The notes below the pieces were generated by a model. That model saw only the letters and a program-made list of their open reading frames with translations. It had not been told where the DNA came from and ran no database searches. A stretch of 64,000 nucleotides of DNA from Macrostomum lignano (lineage: Eukaryota). Shown in pieces: positions 38,801 through 51,460 of this stretch. How positions within the stretch are numbered: position 1 is the first letter of the stretch; each line of letters starts with the position of its first letter. Where the stretch lies: contig NIVC01003879.1 in assembly GCA_002269645.1 (NCBI GenBank), forward strand, positions 8,318 through 72,317, given 5' to 3'. The translations under genes and the position numbers were made by a program.

Positions 38801-41800
38801 GCTCATAATATATGTATACATAGTAAATAAAGGAGAAATTCACATTCACAATCACACCTGACTTTGAAAATTTCATGAAATTTTATGCCCAACCAAAATT
38901 TTCTACTGGTCCAACCTTTATTAAAAAGTAGCCTTTATACTAAAAAATTATAAAGTATATTTTGCCTTTCTCTAAGAATCTTTATATATATTAATATATT
39001 AAGATTGCATTAATGTCTAACATTGACATATTGTTGGTATACAAATATGGCTAAGTTCAAATTTGGCAAGTATAAGTAAATTTTGATCAAAAAAGTTCTT
39101 TATTCAAAAATAGAAACTTTTTTATGAAATTTGCTTGAAAGTAAAAAGGATAATAGTTTCTTAAAAAGAAATAGATGCATTATAATTTATTAAGTATTTG
39201 TTTTCAAAATAATTTATTATAAAAAATATATGCAATATATAATCATCTTTAATGTTAGTATAAAAATTTCTCTTTCAATTTACTTTAGCATATAATAAAA
39301 AATAGACTTTTGCTTGGTATGATCTAGATTATATATTATATTATATTGTATTGGTTGCCACTACATTATGTATACTATCTTTCCATTGAAAGAAACCCTA
39401 AAGCAAAAATTAACTTAAAAAAATAAAGATGTACCTATAACTGTCCTTTTAAGGCTAAATACTTTTTCATCTGATTAGTATGTAATAGACATGTAATTAC
39501 TATGTCTATATTTTTAGATAGGCATTTTTGCAACTTACCTTGGCTGGGCTCCTTGCCTAGCTAGCTAGGTTGGCCAGGTGTTGCACATGTATTAGCGCAT
39601 TCTAATGTTGGATTTAAAACTGCATTATAATTTTCAGCTTAAATTAATAGGTGCCTTTTATTCAATTAGGAAATTAGGTTGGGTATACCATTATTAAAAT
39701 TGCTGGAATAACTAGATATGGGGTTATCTAGTTATCTAGACATATGGGGTTATCTAGTTAGCTAGACATATGGGGTTATCTAGTTTCTAGACATGTGGTT
39801 AAGAATAAAAAACAAGAATTTAACTCAATGTACACAAGTAAATGCAAGATGGATGAAATTCAGTCTAGAGAGCAGGTCTGAATTTCAGCCAATCAGAGAG
39901 CAGTAAGGAGAGAGGTCAAAGTCAGACAAACAAAACAGCCTTGAAGTTAGGGTAGGCCCAATCCATCTCAGCCAATCAGAGAGCAGTAAAGAGAGAGGTC
40001 AGTCAGACAAACCAAACTCAGCCTAAGTGGGGCAGGCCCAATCTAGCTCAGCCAATCAGAGAGCAGTAAGAAGAAAGGTCAGTCAGACACGAGCAGGCAA
40101 GAGGCAGTCTAACTGGTTATTGGCTTATTACACGCACTGAGTTGGATGCAGGTGAAGATTCTACTTTTATGTGTCTGCTAGAGGCAACTGTTGCAGATTC
40201 AAAATATATCGTGTACAGTTTAGTAGATTCATTATATTAGACTATGCCGGTGTAGAATTATGCTAATTACCAAGTCTCTTACCCGACTGCGCAGAGCAAA
40301 CTCGAACTAGTGACGGGATGCTCCTGCTCAACAATGACCCTAGAACTATACGACACCGAGGACAAACTAGTATGCACCCTATCTAACAATGACGCTATGC
40401 TGGGCTCCTATCCAGTCGAGGACGGCATGCGTATTCATGCCAACGATCCGGCTTCCAAGGGTGCTTTTGATTTTGCCGCTGCCGGAGCTTCGGCAGACGG
40501 TAAACCGCTCTACACTATGAGCGACGAAGAATACAGAAAGAAGGGCGACACGTTTCTGCAGTTTAAAAAGGCCAATAAATTGGGTGAATTTGCTAAAGTC
40601 GATCCCGAAGCGGAGCGAAAGAACCGCGAAGCCGAAGCGGAGGAGAAAGCTCTAGCCGAGACTTTCACTGTTGGAAGTCGGTGCGAGGTAAACAGTGATC
40701 CCAATTCTACTGTTTATTTGCATTCTTCATATGATAGTTAGTTGTTGCTTTTGTACAAATCCTTACTTATTCGAAATTTAAATAAACTTAACAATTGACA
40801 TCCCAGTCTTCATTGGCCCGAAACCCATGAATTTTTGTTGGCTGACACCAGTCCTCTCCCTGAACCTTCAGCTGACGCCAATCCCCTTCCTGAACCTTCA
40901 GCTGACGCCAATCCTCTCCCTGAACCTTTAGCTGACGCCAATCCCCTTCCTGAACCTTCAGCTGACGCCAATCCTCTCCCTGAACCTTCAACTGACGCCG
41001 ATTCCCCCCAGAACCTTCAGCTGACGCCAATCGTCCCCTTGAACCTTCAGCTGACGCCAATCCTCTCCCTGAACCTTCAACTGACGCCGATTCCCCCCAG
41101 AACCTTCAGCTGACGCCAATCCTCTCCCTGAACCTTCAACTGACGCCGATTCCCCCCAGAACCTTCAGCTGACGCCAATCCTCTCCTTGAACCTTCAGCT
41201 GACGCCAATCCCCTTCCTGAACCTTCAGCTGACACCCATCCCCTCCCTGAACCTTCAGCTGACACCCATCCCCTCCCTGAACCTTCAGCTGACGCCAATC
41301 CTCCCCTTGAACCTTCAGCTGACGCCAATCCTCTCCCTGAACCTTCAACTGACGCCAATTCCCCCCAGAACCTTCAGCTGACGCCAATCCTCTCCCTGAA
41401 CCTTCAGCTGACGCCAATCCCCTTCCTGAACCTTCAACTGACGCCAATCCTCTCCCTGAACCTTCAGCTGACACCCATCCCCTCCCTGAACCTTCAGCTG
41501 ACGCCAATCCTCCCCTTGAACCTTCAGCTGACGCAAATCCTCTCCCTGAACCTTCAACTGACGCCAATCCTCTCCCTGAACCTTCAACTGACGCCAATTC
41601 CCCCCAGAACCTTCAGCTGACGCCAATCCTCTCCCTGAACCTTCAGCTGACGCCAATTCCCTTCCTGAACCTTCAACTGACGCCAATCCTCTCCCTGAAC
41701 CTTCAACTGACGCCAATCCTCTCCCTGAACCTTCAACTGACGCCAATTCTCTCCCTGAACCTTCAGCTAGCTCCAATCCTCTCCCTGAACTTTCAGCTGG

Positions 41801-42134
41801 CTGACGCCAATCCCCTCTGAACCTTCAGCTGGCTTCATCCCCTTAACTCGTCAATATTTAACCCAGCACCGCTGTCACCCCTCCCCGTCCGCAGGTGTCC
41901 GTGCCCGGCCAGGCCTCCCGTCGCGGCGAGGTGGCATTCGTCGGCCAGACGAGCTTCAAGCCCGGCTGGTGGATCGGCGTCCGTCTTGATGAGCCGTTTG
42001 GCAAAAACGACGGCAGCGTAGCCGGCAAGCGCTACTTCCAGTGTCCGCCCAAATATGGTGGCTTCTTCAAGCCGAAAGATGTCGCCATTGGCGACTATCC
42101 CGAATTGGGATTAGACGAATTAGATGAGATTTAA
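35849..42134 (+). CDS. TBCB: Tubulin-folding cofactor B (UBL + CAP-Gly), 250 aa
   Basis: Exons 35849-35968, 40295-40687 and 41895-42134, all phase 0. Motifs: [22 protein letters not shown]; [16 protein letters not shown]; CAP-Gly [34 protein letters not shown]. Confidence 0.95.
36185..37317. mobile_element. 1133-bp non-autonomous DNA transposon with 17-bp TIR and 8-bp TSD
   Basis: TIR ccatagtccggatcatg / catgatctggactatgg (1 mismatch). Exact TSD cataaaac at 36177-36184 and 37318-37325. Confidence 0.8.
36567..37136. mobile_element. Nested MITE with GTGCGCC repeats
   Basis: Imperfect TIR catccatggtcaggaag / cttcctggctgtggatg, TA on both flanks, and clusters of gtgcgcc/gcgccg near both ends. 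Confidence 0.55.
40840..41830. repeat. 29-30-bp minisatellite filling TBCB intron 2
   Basis: Unit tgaaccttcagctgacgccaatcctctccc. Confidence 0.95.
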
Positions 42135-42465
42135 GCTAGCCCTAGAAGACTGGATCAATTGGTATTGACTCCGCCCATAGTAGCCTAATAGTAGCCTCTA
42201 ATTCCACGTCTTGCTTTTTTGCTTCTGCTGGCTATTTTTGTTAAAATATGTTTTTGAAGCTTGTAATTTAAATTGCTACTAGAGTAAAATATATATAGGC
42301 ATAGAAAATACACTACTCTATAAGTAGTAGGCTTTGATTTTGATTTTCTTTTTTTTTCCTTTTTTCAGATAATTTTTCCTTCTTTTGTCAACTTTTTATC
42401 ATAAGTATTAAAAAATTTAAAAACTTAAAAATTTAATAAATTATCTAAATTTCAGTCAAGAATAA

Positions 42466-45400
42466 ATGGCAGTTTTGTGCGAATTTGAGCTGCAAATAAT
42501 TGGCAAGTTCAATGAAGCGGCAACATCAAAGGGAAGCGATGGAGATGGACCTGACTGTCCGGAGAATTCTACATTCTTGGATGAGTTAAGGGTGGAAATT
42601 TGCGAAAAGTAAGGAAATTCTTCTTCATTCTTCATTAATCTTTTAATGGAGTAGCGGGACCCGCTGAAGGATCGAGGAGGGTGTCGGGACCCGCTGAAGG
42701 ATCGAGGAGGGTGTCGGGACCCGCTGAAGGATCGAGGAGGGTGTCGGGACCCGCTGAAGGATCGAGGAGGGTGTCGGGACCCGCTGAAGGATCGAGGAGG
42801 GTGTCGGGACCCGCTGAAGGATCGAGGAGGGTGTCGGGACCCGCTGAAAGATCAGGGAGGGGTAGCATTGACCCACTGACGGATCAGGGAGGGGTAGCAT
42901 TGACCCACTGACGGATCAGGGAGGGGTAGCATTGACCCACGGATCAGGAAGGGGTAGCATTGACCCACTGACGGATCGGGTAGCATTGACCCACTGACGG
43001 ATCAGGAAGGGGTAGCATTGACCCACTGACGGATCAGGAAGGGGTAGCATTGACCCACTGACGGATCAGGAAGGGGTAGCATTGACCCACTGACGGATCA
43101 GGAAGGGGTAGCATTGACCCACTGACGGATCAGGAAGGGGTAGCATTGACCCACTGACGGATCGGGTAGCATTGACCCACTGACGGATCAGGAAGGGGTA
43201 GCATTGACCCACTGACGGATCGGGTAGCATTGACCCACTGACGGATCAGGAAGGGGTAGCATTGACCCACTGACGGATCAGGAAGGGGTAGCATTGACCC
43301 ACTGACGGATCAGGAAGGGGTAGCATTGACCCACTGACGGATCAGGAAGGGGTAGCATTGACCCACTGACGGATCAGGAAGGGGTAGCATTGACCCACTG
43401 ACGGATCAGGAAGGGGTAGCATTGACCCACGGATCAGGAAGGGGTAGCATTGACCCACTGAAGGATCAGAGAGGGGGTAGCATTGACCCACTGAAGGATC
43501 AGGGAGGGTGTGGTATTGACCCACTGAAGGATCAGGGAGGGGGTAGCATTGACCCACTGAAGGATCATGGAGGGGTAGCGGTGACCCACTAAAGGATCAG
43601 GGGGGCAATAGCAGCTATTGTAGGAACTCAAAGATTTGCTCATACAAGTCGCTAATCGATAGTGCAAATACCTTTAATTTCCATTATTTGCAGGCACGGC
43701 AGTGTAGAGAATTACCTGGACCATCTATTAGACAGCTACATCCAGAGCAACTACTTGGGTCCAGTCGCGTCTGAGGCGGCTTCTGACACGCCTGGTTCAG
43801 TCAATAAGAAGTGCCAGGCCTACCTTCAGTCAGTCTGCTCCGAGCCCGTATCTGTCAAGTCGAAGCATTTGCACTGTTTAGCTCTTGGCCAATTTATTGT
43901 CGACAGTCTGCTGCTGCCGGCATTTCAACCAATGCATTGCTTGTATTCGGCTAGGCTAATAAGCTTGCTGCAAGATATGTTAGAAGATAAAGCTCCGGCT
44001 CTTCATAAGCGTCTGATGAGTATCGTTGAGAATGGTGTTCAATTAGACGGTTAGTTGGTTTCAGTGGTGCAACTTGATCGAATTTATTGCTCTTAGTTCA
44101 GCACACATCGAAATTTCCCTGTTGCTAGGGTAGCTCATAGCTAAACCGTTTGTTGTTTATTGTGGGGGCTGGCCCGTTGCTAGGCAGTTGTTAAAGTAAC
44201 TGTTATGTTGTTGCTAGACAGTTGCTAAGGTAGTTTTCCGTTGCTAGACAGTTACTAAGGTAGCTGTTCCGTTGCTAGGCATTTACTGCCATAACTGTTC
44301 CGTTGCTAGACAGTTGCTAAGGTAGTTGTTGCGTTGCCAAACAGTTGCTAAGTTAACTGTTCCGTTGCTAGGCAGTTACTAAGGTAGCTTTTACGTTGAT
44401 ATGTATTTGTTTCGTTGCTAGGCAGTTACTAAGGAAGCTTTCAGTTACAGTTACAGTTTGTTCCTAAGCTGCCGATCTATGACTAAACAGTTCGTTGCTA
44501 AGGAAGCTGATCCGTTGCTAAGCGTTTTGTTGCTAGATAAGCTATCCGGGTTTTGTGTTGCTACCTGGTTTCTTATGTTGCTAACCCGCTTCTATGCAGC
44601 GTCTCATTTCTGTTGCTATGCGAGCTTTCGCTCGTCGCTAATCTAAAATTACTGCTCCATCATGCAGACCCAGACGACGATTTGACCAGCTCGCCAGAAG
44701 CTGTCGCCAAATTCGAACGCTACTTTGAGCATCAGCTCCTGCTAGCGCAACTCTGCTTAGCCTATTTCGAATCTCGTCATGCTATTCGGATTGTGACCGA
44801 GTGTCAGGCCCGCCTGGGATTGACGGCCAGTCTGAGCGGGGCTGCCGGAGTTCGAACTCGATTTCAGCAGACCAGCCACGCCCAGCTGTACCTGTCTATC
44901 GATGCCAGGCATGCCGGACTGCGGGATTATCAAGCTGAGCTGGAGACCTCTGGATCCCAGCTTCCCAGAGATGTTGCCCCTACAGATGACACTTTGTTGC
45001 CGACAGTGAAATTCTCTGAGACCGATTCGGACGCCGAGTTGGCTAGATTAGCCGCCTCTAATCTGTCGCCAGTTGAGCAGGTCTGCCTGTTGGCCGCTTC
45101 GGACTGTCACAGGCGAAGTCGCGCTTCTGACGGCATTATCGAAGAGGAATTATTGGCCTACGCTAATGCCCTGTTGATTAGGCCAACTAGTTGGTCTGCG
45201 ACTGCTGCGGCCTTGCTGCGAAGGAGTCGCATTGAACTGGGACTGCTGGGTGAGCCATTACCTTCGGGATTCATCTCGAAGCCTTTAGAGATTCCAATTC
45301 CAAAATCCCAGTGGGGAGAAATTGCGTTTAAAGATTCTAATTCCAAAATCCCAATGGGGAGAAATCTCATTTAAAAATCCCAATGGGAAGAAATCTCATT

Positions 45401-48400
45401 TAAAAATCTCAATTCCAAAATTCCCATTGTGAGAAATCGCCTTTAAAAATCCCAATTCCAAAATTCCCATTGTAAGAAATCGCCTTTAAAAATCCCAATT
45501 CAAATTAATATTGAGAGAAATCTCATTTAAAAATCCCAATTCCAAAATCCCAAGGGGAGAAATCTCATTTAAAAATCCCAATTCCAAAATTCCTATTGGG
45601 AGAAATCGCCTTTAAAAATCCCAATTCCAAAATTCCCATTGGGAGAAATCACCTTTAAAAATCCCAATTCCAAAATTCCCATTGGGAGAAATCGCCTTTA
45701 AAAATCCCAATTCCAAAATTCCCATTGGGAGAAATCGCCTTTAAAAATCCCAATTCCAAAATCCCAATGGGGAGAAATCTCATTTAAAAAATCAAAATCC
45801 AAAATCCCAATGGGGAGAAATCTCATTTAAAAATATCCCAATTCCAAAATTCCCATTGGGAGAAATCGCCTTTAAAAATCCCAATTCCAAAATCCCAATG
45901 GGGAGAAATCTCATGTAAAAATCCCAAATCTAAAAACCCAAAGAAACTATGGAATATAAAATGAATGTCAACTTAAACTCCGCAGGCGGATCCGGTGGCA
46001 GCGGTGGCGCTTCATCTCGCCGTCTGGAGCGCGCCCTGCACCAGCTGGAGGAGCTGTCCAATCAGCTGGCAAAGCCCGACCCGGAATTCTACCCGTTTAG
46101 GCGTAGATTATTTTTTGCTTGCAGCCTGCCGCCAGTCTGGCGACTTCAGCTGGATTTAGCTGACGCACTGGTAGCTGTTGGAGCCGTGAGCTCAGCCTTG
46201 GATATCTATCTGCGCTGGGATAGCTATTCTCAAATTATTGCCTGCTATCAGAAATTGGACAAGCCCGCTTTAGCGGAGAAGATTATTAGAGATCGATTGG
46301 CTGAGTCTGAGACGCCCGAGCTGTACTGCGCGCTTGCCGAGGTTACAAGGTGAGAGGGAGACGTTTTTTGAGAACGGTATGACCGATGCAGGATCAAGGA
46401 TAGTGTCCAGCGTCAAGAATCTGACATTAAAGTGTTCCCAATCTATTAGGTGCCATTTCCAATCTATTTAGTGCCATTTCCGATCTTTTAGGTGCCATTT
46501 CCTATCTATTAGGGTGCCATTTTCTATCTATTAGGGTGCCATTTCCAATCTATTAGGTGCTATTTCCAATCTATTTAGTGCCATTTCCGATCTTTTAGGT
46601 GCCATTTCCTATCTATTAGGTGCCATTTCCTATCTATTAGGGTGCCATTTCCTATCTATTAGGGTGCCATTTCCTATCTATTAGGTGCCATTTCCAATCT
46701 ATTTGGTGCCATTTCCGATCTATTAGGGTGCATACATGCGCAACCTCTGAAATTCGGTCGGCCATGCGACTTAGTTTTAACAAAAATGCGACGTAGTTTT
46801 TGGCCAAAAATGCGACTTACATGTAAAAAAACCATAAAGCAAAATTAACGCAACTTTGGGTAAACGGCAGGAGTAACTATGACTGTCTTATTAAGCCAAT
46901 ATGCCTCGTCAGCTACTTAGTACTACTACCTGATTATTTTTTCGGGTGGGCATTTTTGCGACTTCCTTGGTTGGCCGCCAAATCGGTCGGCCGGATCGGC
47001 CGACTCGGCCGACTGTTGCGCATGTATGTTAGGGTGCCATTTCCAATCTATTTGGTGCCATTTCCGATCTATTAGGCTGCCATTTCCAATCTATTTGGTG
47101 CCATTTCCGATCTATTAGGCTGCCATTTCCAATCTATTTGGTGCCATTTCCTATCTATTAGGGTGCCATTTTCTATCTATTAGGGTGCCATTTCCAATCT
47201 ATTAGGTGCCATTTCCAATCTATTTAGTGCCATTTCCGATCTTTTAGGTGCCATTTCCTATCTATTAGGGTGCCATTTCCTATCTATTAGGGTGCCATTT
47301 CCAATCTATTTGGTGCCATTTCCTATCTATTAGGGTGCCATTTCCAATCTATTTGGTGCCATTTCCGATCTATTAGGGTGCCATTTCCAATCTATTTGGT
47401 GCCATTTCGATCTTTTAGGTGTCATTTCCGATCCATTATATTAGGATGCCGATTCTGATCTATTAGGGTGCCATTTCCGATATATTAGGTGCCATTTCCG
47501 ATCCAGAGGTTCCATAGAGACATTGTTACTCACCCCCATGCCACTCCCACTGTCAGAGACTGGAACCACCTGCACACTGCCTGGCGCCTATCCAACGGTC
47601 GATGCGCTCGTGCCGCTCGTTCCCTAGGCTACGTTGCCATGGTAGCCGGGCAATACGCCGAAGCTATGCGCCAGTTCGAGCTGGCACTAGCCGCCAATCA
47701 CCTGCAGCCGAAGGCCTGGTTCACCTACGGCTGCTGCTGTTTGCAAGCTGGCGAAATTGAAAAAGCCGAGCTTGCATTCCGCCGCTCCGCTCAACTGGAA
47801 CCGGACAACTACGAGGCCTGGACCAATTTGGGCACCGCTATGGTTCGTCGGGGCAATAAAATTGGCGCCTGTTCGGCGCTCCGCGAAGCGCTCAAATCTA
47901 ATTGGGAACAATGGCGCGTCTGGGATAATTATCTGGCTGTATGCGCCGATACTGGTCAGTTTAATGAGGCCATGCGAGCTTATCATCGATTATTGGAACT
48001 GCGGCCCAAATATTGGGATCCTCACTCTGCCGGGGTGCTCATTCGGGCAGCTTCTTCTGATGAGGAACTGATTGAGGATTCCGCTGCAAGGGAAGACCTG
48101 CGCAGGCGCCTGTTGACTCTGTTTGCTCGGGTGGCTGCGCAGTCCAGCGGCGATGCAGAGTTCTGGTGGCTGTACGCTAAGCTGCTGAGTCTGACTGAAG
48201 AGGGAGAGACAGGTGAGTGACTGGGGGTGAGACTGCTTTGACATGTGAGTCAGGTAGCTGATAGAGTGAGAGTCAGGTAGCTGATAGAGTGAGAGTCAGG
48301 TGGCTGATAAAGTGAGAGTCAGGTAGCTGATAGAGTGAGAGTCAGGTAGCTTATAAAGTGAGAGTCAGGTAGCTGATAGAGTGAGAGTCAGGTAGCTGAT

Positions 48401-50008
48401 AGAGTGAGAGTCAGGTTGCTGATAGAGTGAGAGTCAGGTAGCTGATAGAGTGAGAGTCAGGTAGCTGATAGAGTGAGAGTCAGGTTGCTGATAGAGTGAG
48501 AGTCAGGTTGCTGATAGAGTGAGAGTCAGGTAGCTGATAGAGTGAGAGTCAGGTAGCTGATAGAGTGAGAGTCAGGTAGCTGATAGAGTGAGAGTCAGGT
48601 AGCTGATAGAGTGAGAGTCAGGTAGCTGATAGAGTGAGAGTCAGGTTGCTGATAGAGTGAGAGTCAGGTAGCTGATAGAGTGAGAGTCAGGTAGCTGATA
48701 GAGTGAGAGTCAGGTAGCTGATAGAGTGAGAGTCAGGTAGCTGATAAAGTGAGAGTCAGGTAGCTGATAGAGTGAGAGTCAGGTAGCTGATAAAGTGAGA
48801 GTCAGGTAGCTGATAGAGTGAGAGTCAGGTAGCTGATAAAGTGAGAGTCAGGTTGCTGATAGAGTGAGAGTCAGGTAGCTGATAGAGTGAGAGTCAGGTA
48901 GCTGATAGAGTGAGAGTCAGGTTGCTGATAGAGTGAGAGTCAGGTTGCTGATACAGTGAGAGTCAGGTTGCTGATAGAGTGAGAGTCAGGTAGCTAGTGA
49001 ATGATATGTGAGCTGAGAGTCAGGTAGCTGATAGAGTGAAAGTCAGGTAGCTAGTGAATGAGATGTGAGGAGAGAGTTAGGTAGCGGATAGAGTGAGAGT
49101 CAGGTAGCTGATAGAGTGAGAGTCAGGTAGCTAGTGAATGAGATATGAAGAGGTGAGAATCAGGTAGCGGATAGAGTGAGAGTCAGGTAGCTGATAGAGT
49201 GAGAGTCAGGTAGTAGAGTGAAAGTCAGGTAGCTGATAGAGTGAGAGTCAAGTAGCTAGTGAATGAGATGTGAGGTGAGAGTCAGGTAGCTAGTGAATGA
49301 GATGTGAGGTGAGAGTCAGGTAGCTAGTGAATGAATGAGATGTGAGGTGAGAGTCAGGTAGCTAGTGAATGAGATGTGAGGTGAGAGTCAGGTAGCTAGT
49401 GAATGAGATGTGAGGTGAGAGTCAGGTAGCTAGTGAATGAGATGTGAGGTGAGAGTCAGGTAGCTAGTGAATGAGATGTGAGGTGAGAGTCAGGTAGCTA
49501 GTGAATGAGATGTGAGGTGAGAGTCAGGTAGCTAGTGAATGAGATGTGAGGTGAGAGTCGGGTAGCTAGTGAATGAGTGAAGTGAGAGTCAGGTAGCTAG
49601 TGAATGAGTGAGGTGAGAGTCAGGTAGCTAGTGGGTGAGATGTGAGAGTCAGGTTGATCCACCCCATCATCATCAGGCAAGGCCAGTCTGAACGCGGAGT
49701 TAAAAGGCCGCATCCTGCAGACGCTGCAGAAGTGCCACCGCTGCGACACTCAACAGTCAGATTGGTTCAAGTCCTCAGCCGACAATCGAGACAGGGTGCT
49801 CAATAGGGCGGCCGATATTGCTCAGAGGTATTTGGATTTTGCCGAAGACTGCCCGCAGAGTCTGCTGTCGGCCAGGCTGATGCTTACCGGCCTGCTGGCT
49901 CGCCGGCTGGAAGATGGGCCGCCCATGCCGCCGCCTCCGGCTGAGCTGATGCAGCGTCTGCGAGAGCAACTGGAGTCGATCAATTCGCTATTGAAGCCGG
50001 CGGTTTAA
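42466..50008 (+). CDS. TTC27: Tetratricopeptide repeat protein 27, ~810 aa
   Basis: Exons 42466-42608, 43694-44049, 44668-45249, 45986-46349, 47557-48212 and 49677-50008 are phase-consistent (2433 nt). Motifs: LSGAAGVRTRFQQ; DDTLL; SRRLERAL; PPVW; ETPELYC; WFTYGCC; EPDNYEAWTNL; WRVWDNYL. Confidence 0.9.
42650..43590. repeat. 30-bp then 32-bp minisatellites filling TTC27 intron 1
   Basis: Units ccgctgaaggatcgaggagggtgtcgggac and acccactgacggatcaggaaggggtagcattg. Confidence 0.95.
44170..44530. repeat. Degenerate ~32-bp minisatellite in TTC27 intron 2
   Basis: gttgctag(g/a)cagtt(g/a)ctaaggtagctgttcc repeats. Confidence 0.8.
45290..45930. repeat. 43-bp minisatellite filling TTC27 intron 3
   Basis: Unit agaaatcgcctttaaaaatcccaattccaaaattcccattggg. 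Confidence 0.95.
46440..47500. repeat. 22-bp TTAGGG-containing minisatellite in TTC27 intron 4, interrupted by a MITE
   Basis: Unit ttagggtgccatttccaatcta. Confidence 0.95.
46731..47028. mobile_element. Second copy of the 298-bp MITE (inverted relative to 7984-8281)
   Basis: Same TIR CATACATGCGCAAC. Exact 8-bp TSD ttagggtg at 46723-46730 and 47029-47036. Confidence 0.9.
48250..49650. repeat. 23-bp then 34-bp minisatellite filling TTC27 intron 5
   Basis: Units gtgagagtcaggtagctgataga and gtgagagtcaggtagctagtgaatgagatgtgag. Confidence 0.95.
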
Positions 50009-50025
50009 GACTAAATATTGGCGGA

Positions 50026-50450
50026 GCCATTTCCAATCTATTAGGGTGCCATTTCCAATCTATTAGGGTGCCATTTCCAATCTATTAGGGTGCCATTTCC
50101 AATCTATTAGGGTGCCATTTCCAATCTATTAGGGTGCCATTTCCAATCTATTAGGGTGCCATTTCCAATCTATTAGGGTGCCATTTCCAATCTATTAGGG
50201 TGCCATTTCCGATCTATTAGGGTGCCATTTCCAATCTATTAGGGTGCCATTTCCAATCTATTAGGGTGCCATTTCCAATCTATTAGGGTGCCATTTCCAA
50301 TCTATTAGGGTGCCATTTCCAATCTATTAGGGTGCCATTTCCGATCTATTAGGGTGCCATTTCCAATCTATTAGGGTGCCATTTCCAATCTATTAGGGTG
50401 CCATTTCCAATCTATTAGGGTGCCATTTCCGATCTATTAGGGTGCCATTT
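50026..50450. repeat. Homogeneous 22-bp TTAGGG-containing array just after the TTC27 stop
   Basis: (ttagggtgccatttccaatcta)n, about 19 copies. Confidence 0.95.
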
Positions 50451-51099
50451 TAGAAACCTTATGTGCCATCTGAGGTGATAAAAAAATAATAATGCCCTTT
50501 TCTAAATCCGTATTAGACGAAATCCCTTAATTGCCTTTTAAATGTGACGTGTGATCTTAAAATAAAAATGGCAATAAATATCTATTCGAAAAAACAGTGT
50601 CCCTCTTTCCAAAATGAGTGATTCTATTTAAATTAGCATTTTTGTCCGATCATGCGCTACTTTGCAATGGCTGCTTAAGTTTGTCTATGTTTCTACTTTT
50701 AGTAGTTTACTATGAGCGCGTAGCTTACACTGTACCTTTGACTTTATTGCCTATTTTAAGACACTGAAACTGCCTTTAAAGTTAAATAGTTATAAACAAG
50801 ATTTGGAGTGAAAATATTTTTTACAGAATTACTCAGAATTGTCTGTCTCTTTTGTTTTTAATTTTTGCTAAAAATGTTATGATTTAAACCGGGAATCAGT
50901 ACTTGTTTTAGTCGATTAAGTAGTATTTCACCTGTCCCATTGTGTCTGCTATATTTTATTAATAAAATATATATTACTAAGCCCTGGAATAATTCACCAT
51001 TCCTTTATCTGGTTCACAATTAACTTAACACTGCTCATTGATTCGTTCAAATCGGTCAACTTTCACTGACATAGTTCACCATTAGTTCACTGATTCACT

Positions 51100-51410
51100 T
51101 CCCTTCACAATTCACTCGTTAAATTTTCACCGATTCACTCACTTTATTTTACCGATTCACACACTTAGTTCACCGATTCACACGCTTAGTTCACCGATTC
51201 ACACACTTAGTTCACCGATTCACACGCTTAGTTCACCAATTCACACGCTTCGTTCACCGATTCACACGCTTAGTTCACCGATTCACACGCTTCGTTCACC
51301 GATTCACTCACTTAGTTCACCGATTCACATACTTTGTTTAACGATTCACACACCTCGTTAGCTATTCACTCAGTTCACCAATTCACTCATATAGTTCACC
51401 AATTCACCCA
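51100..51410. repeat. 21-bp minisatellite upstream of RPS17
   Basis: Unit cttagttcaccgattcacacg. Confidence 0.85.
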
Positions 51411-51460
51411 CATGATTCACCATTCCAGCCGCTAAGTCCCCATCGTGAACAACCGTAGCC

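Noticed and set aside
46440-50450. Interstitial telomere
   Set aside because: TTAGGG occurs once per 22-bp unit, not as tandem hexamers.
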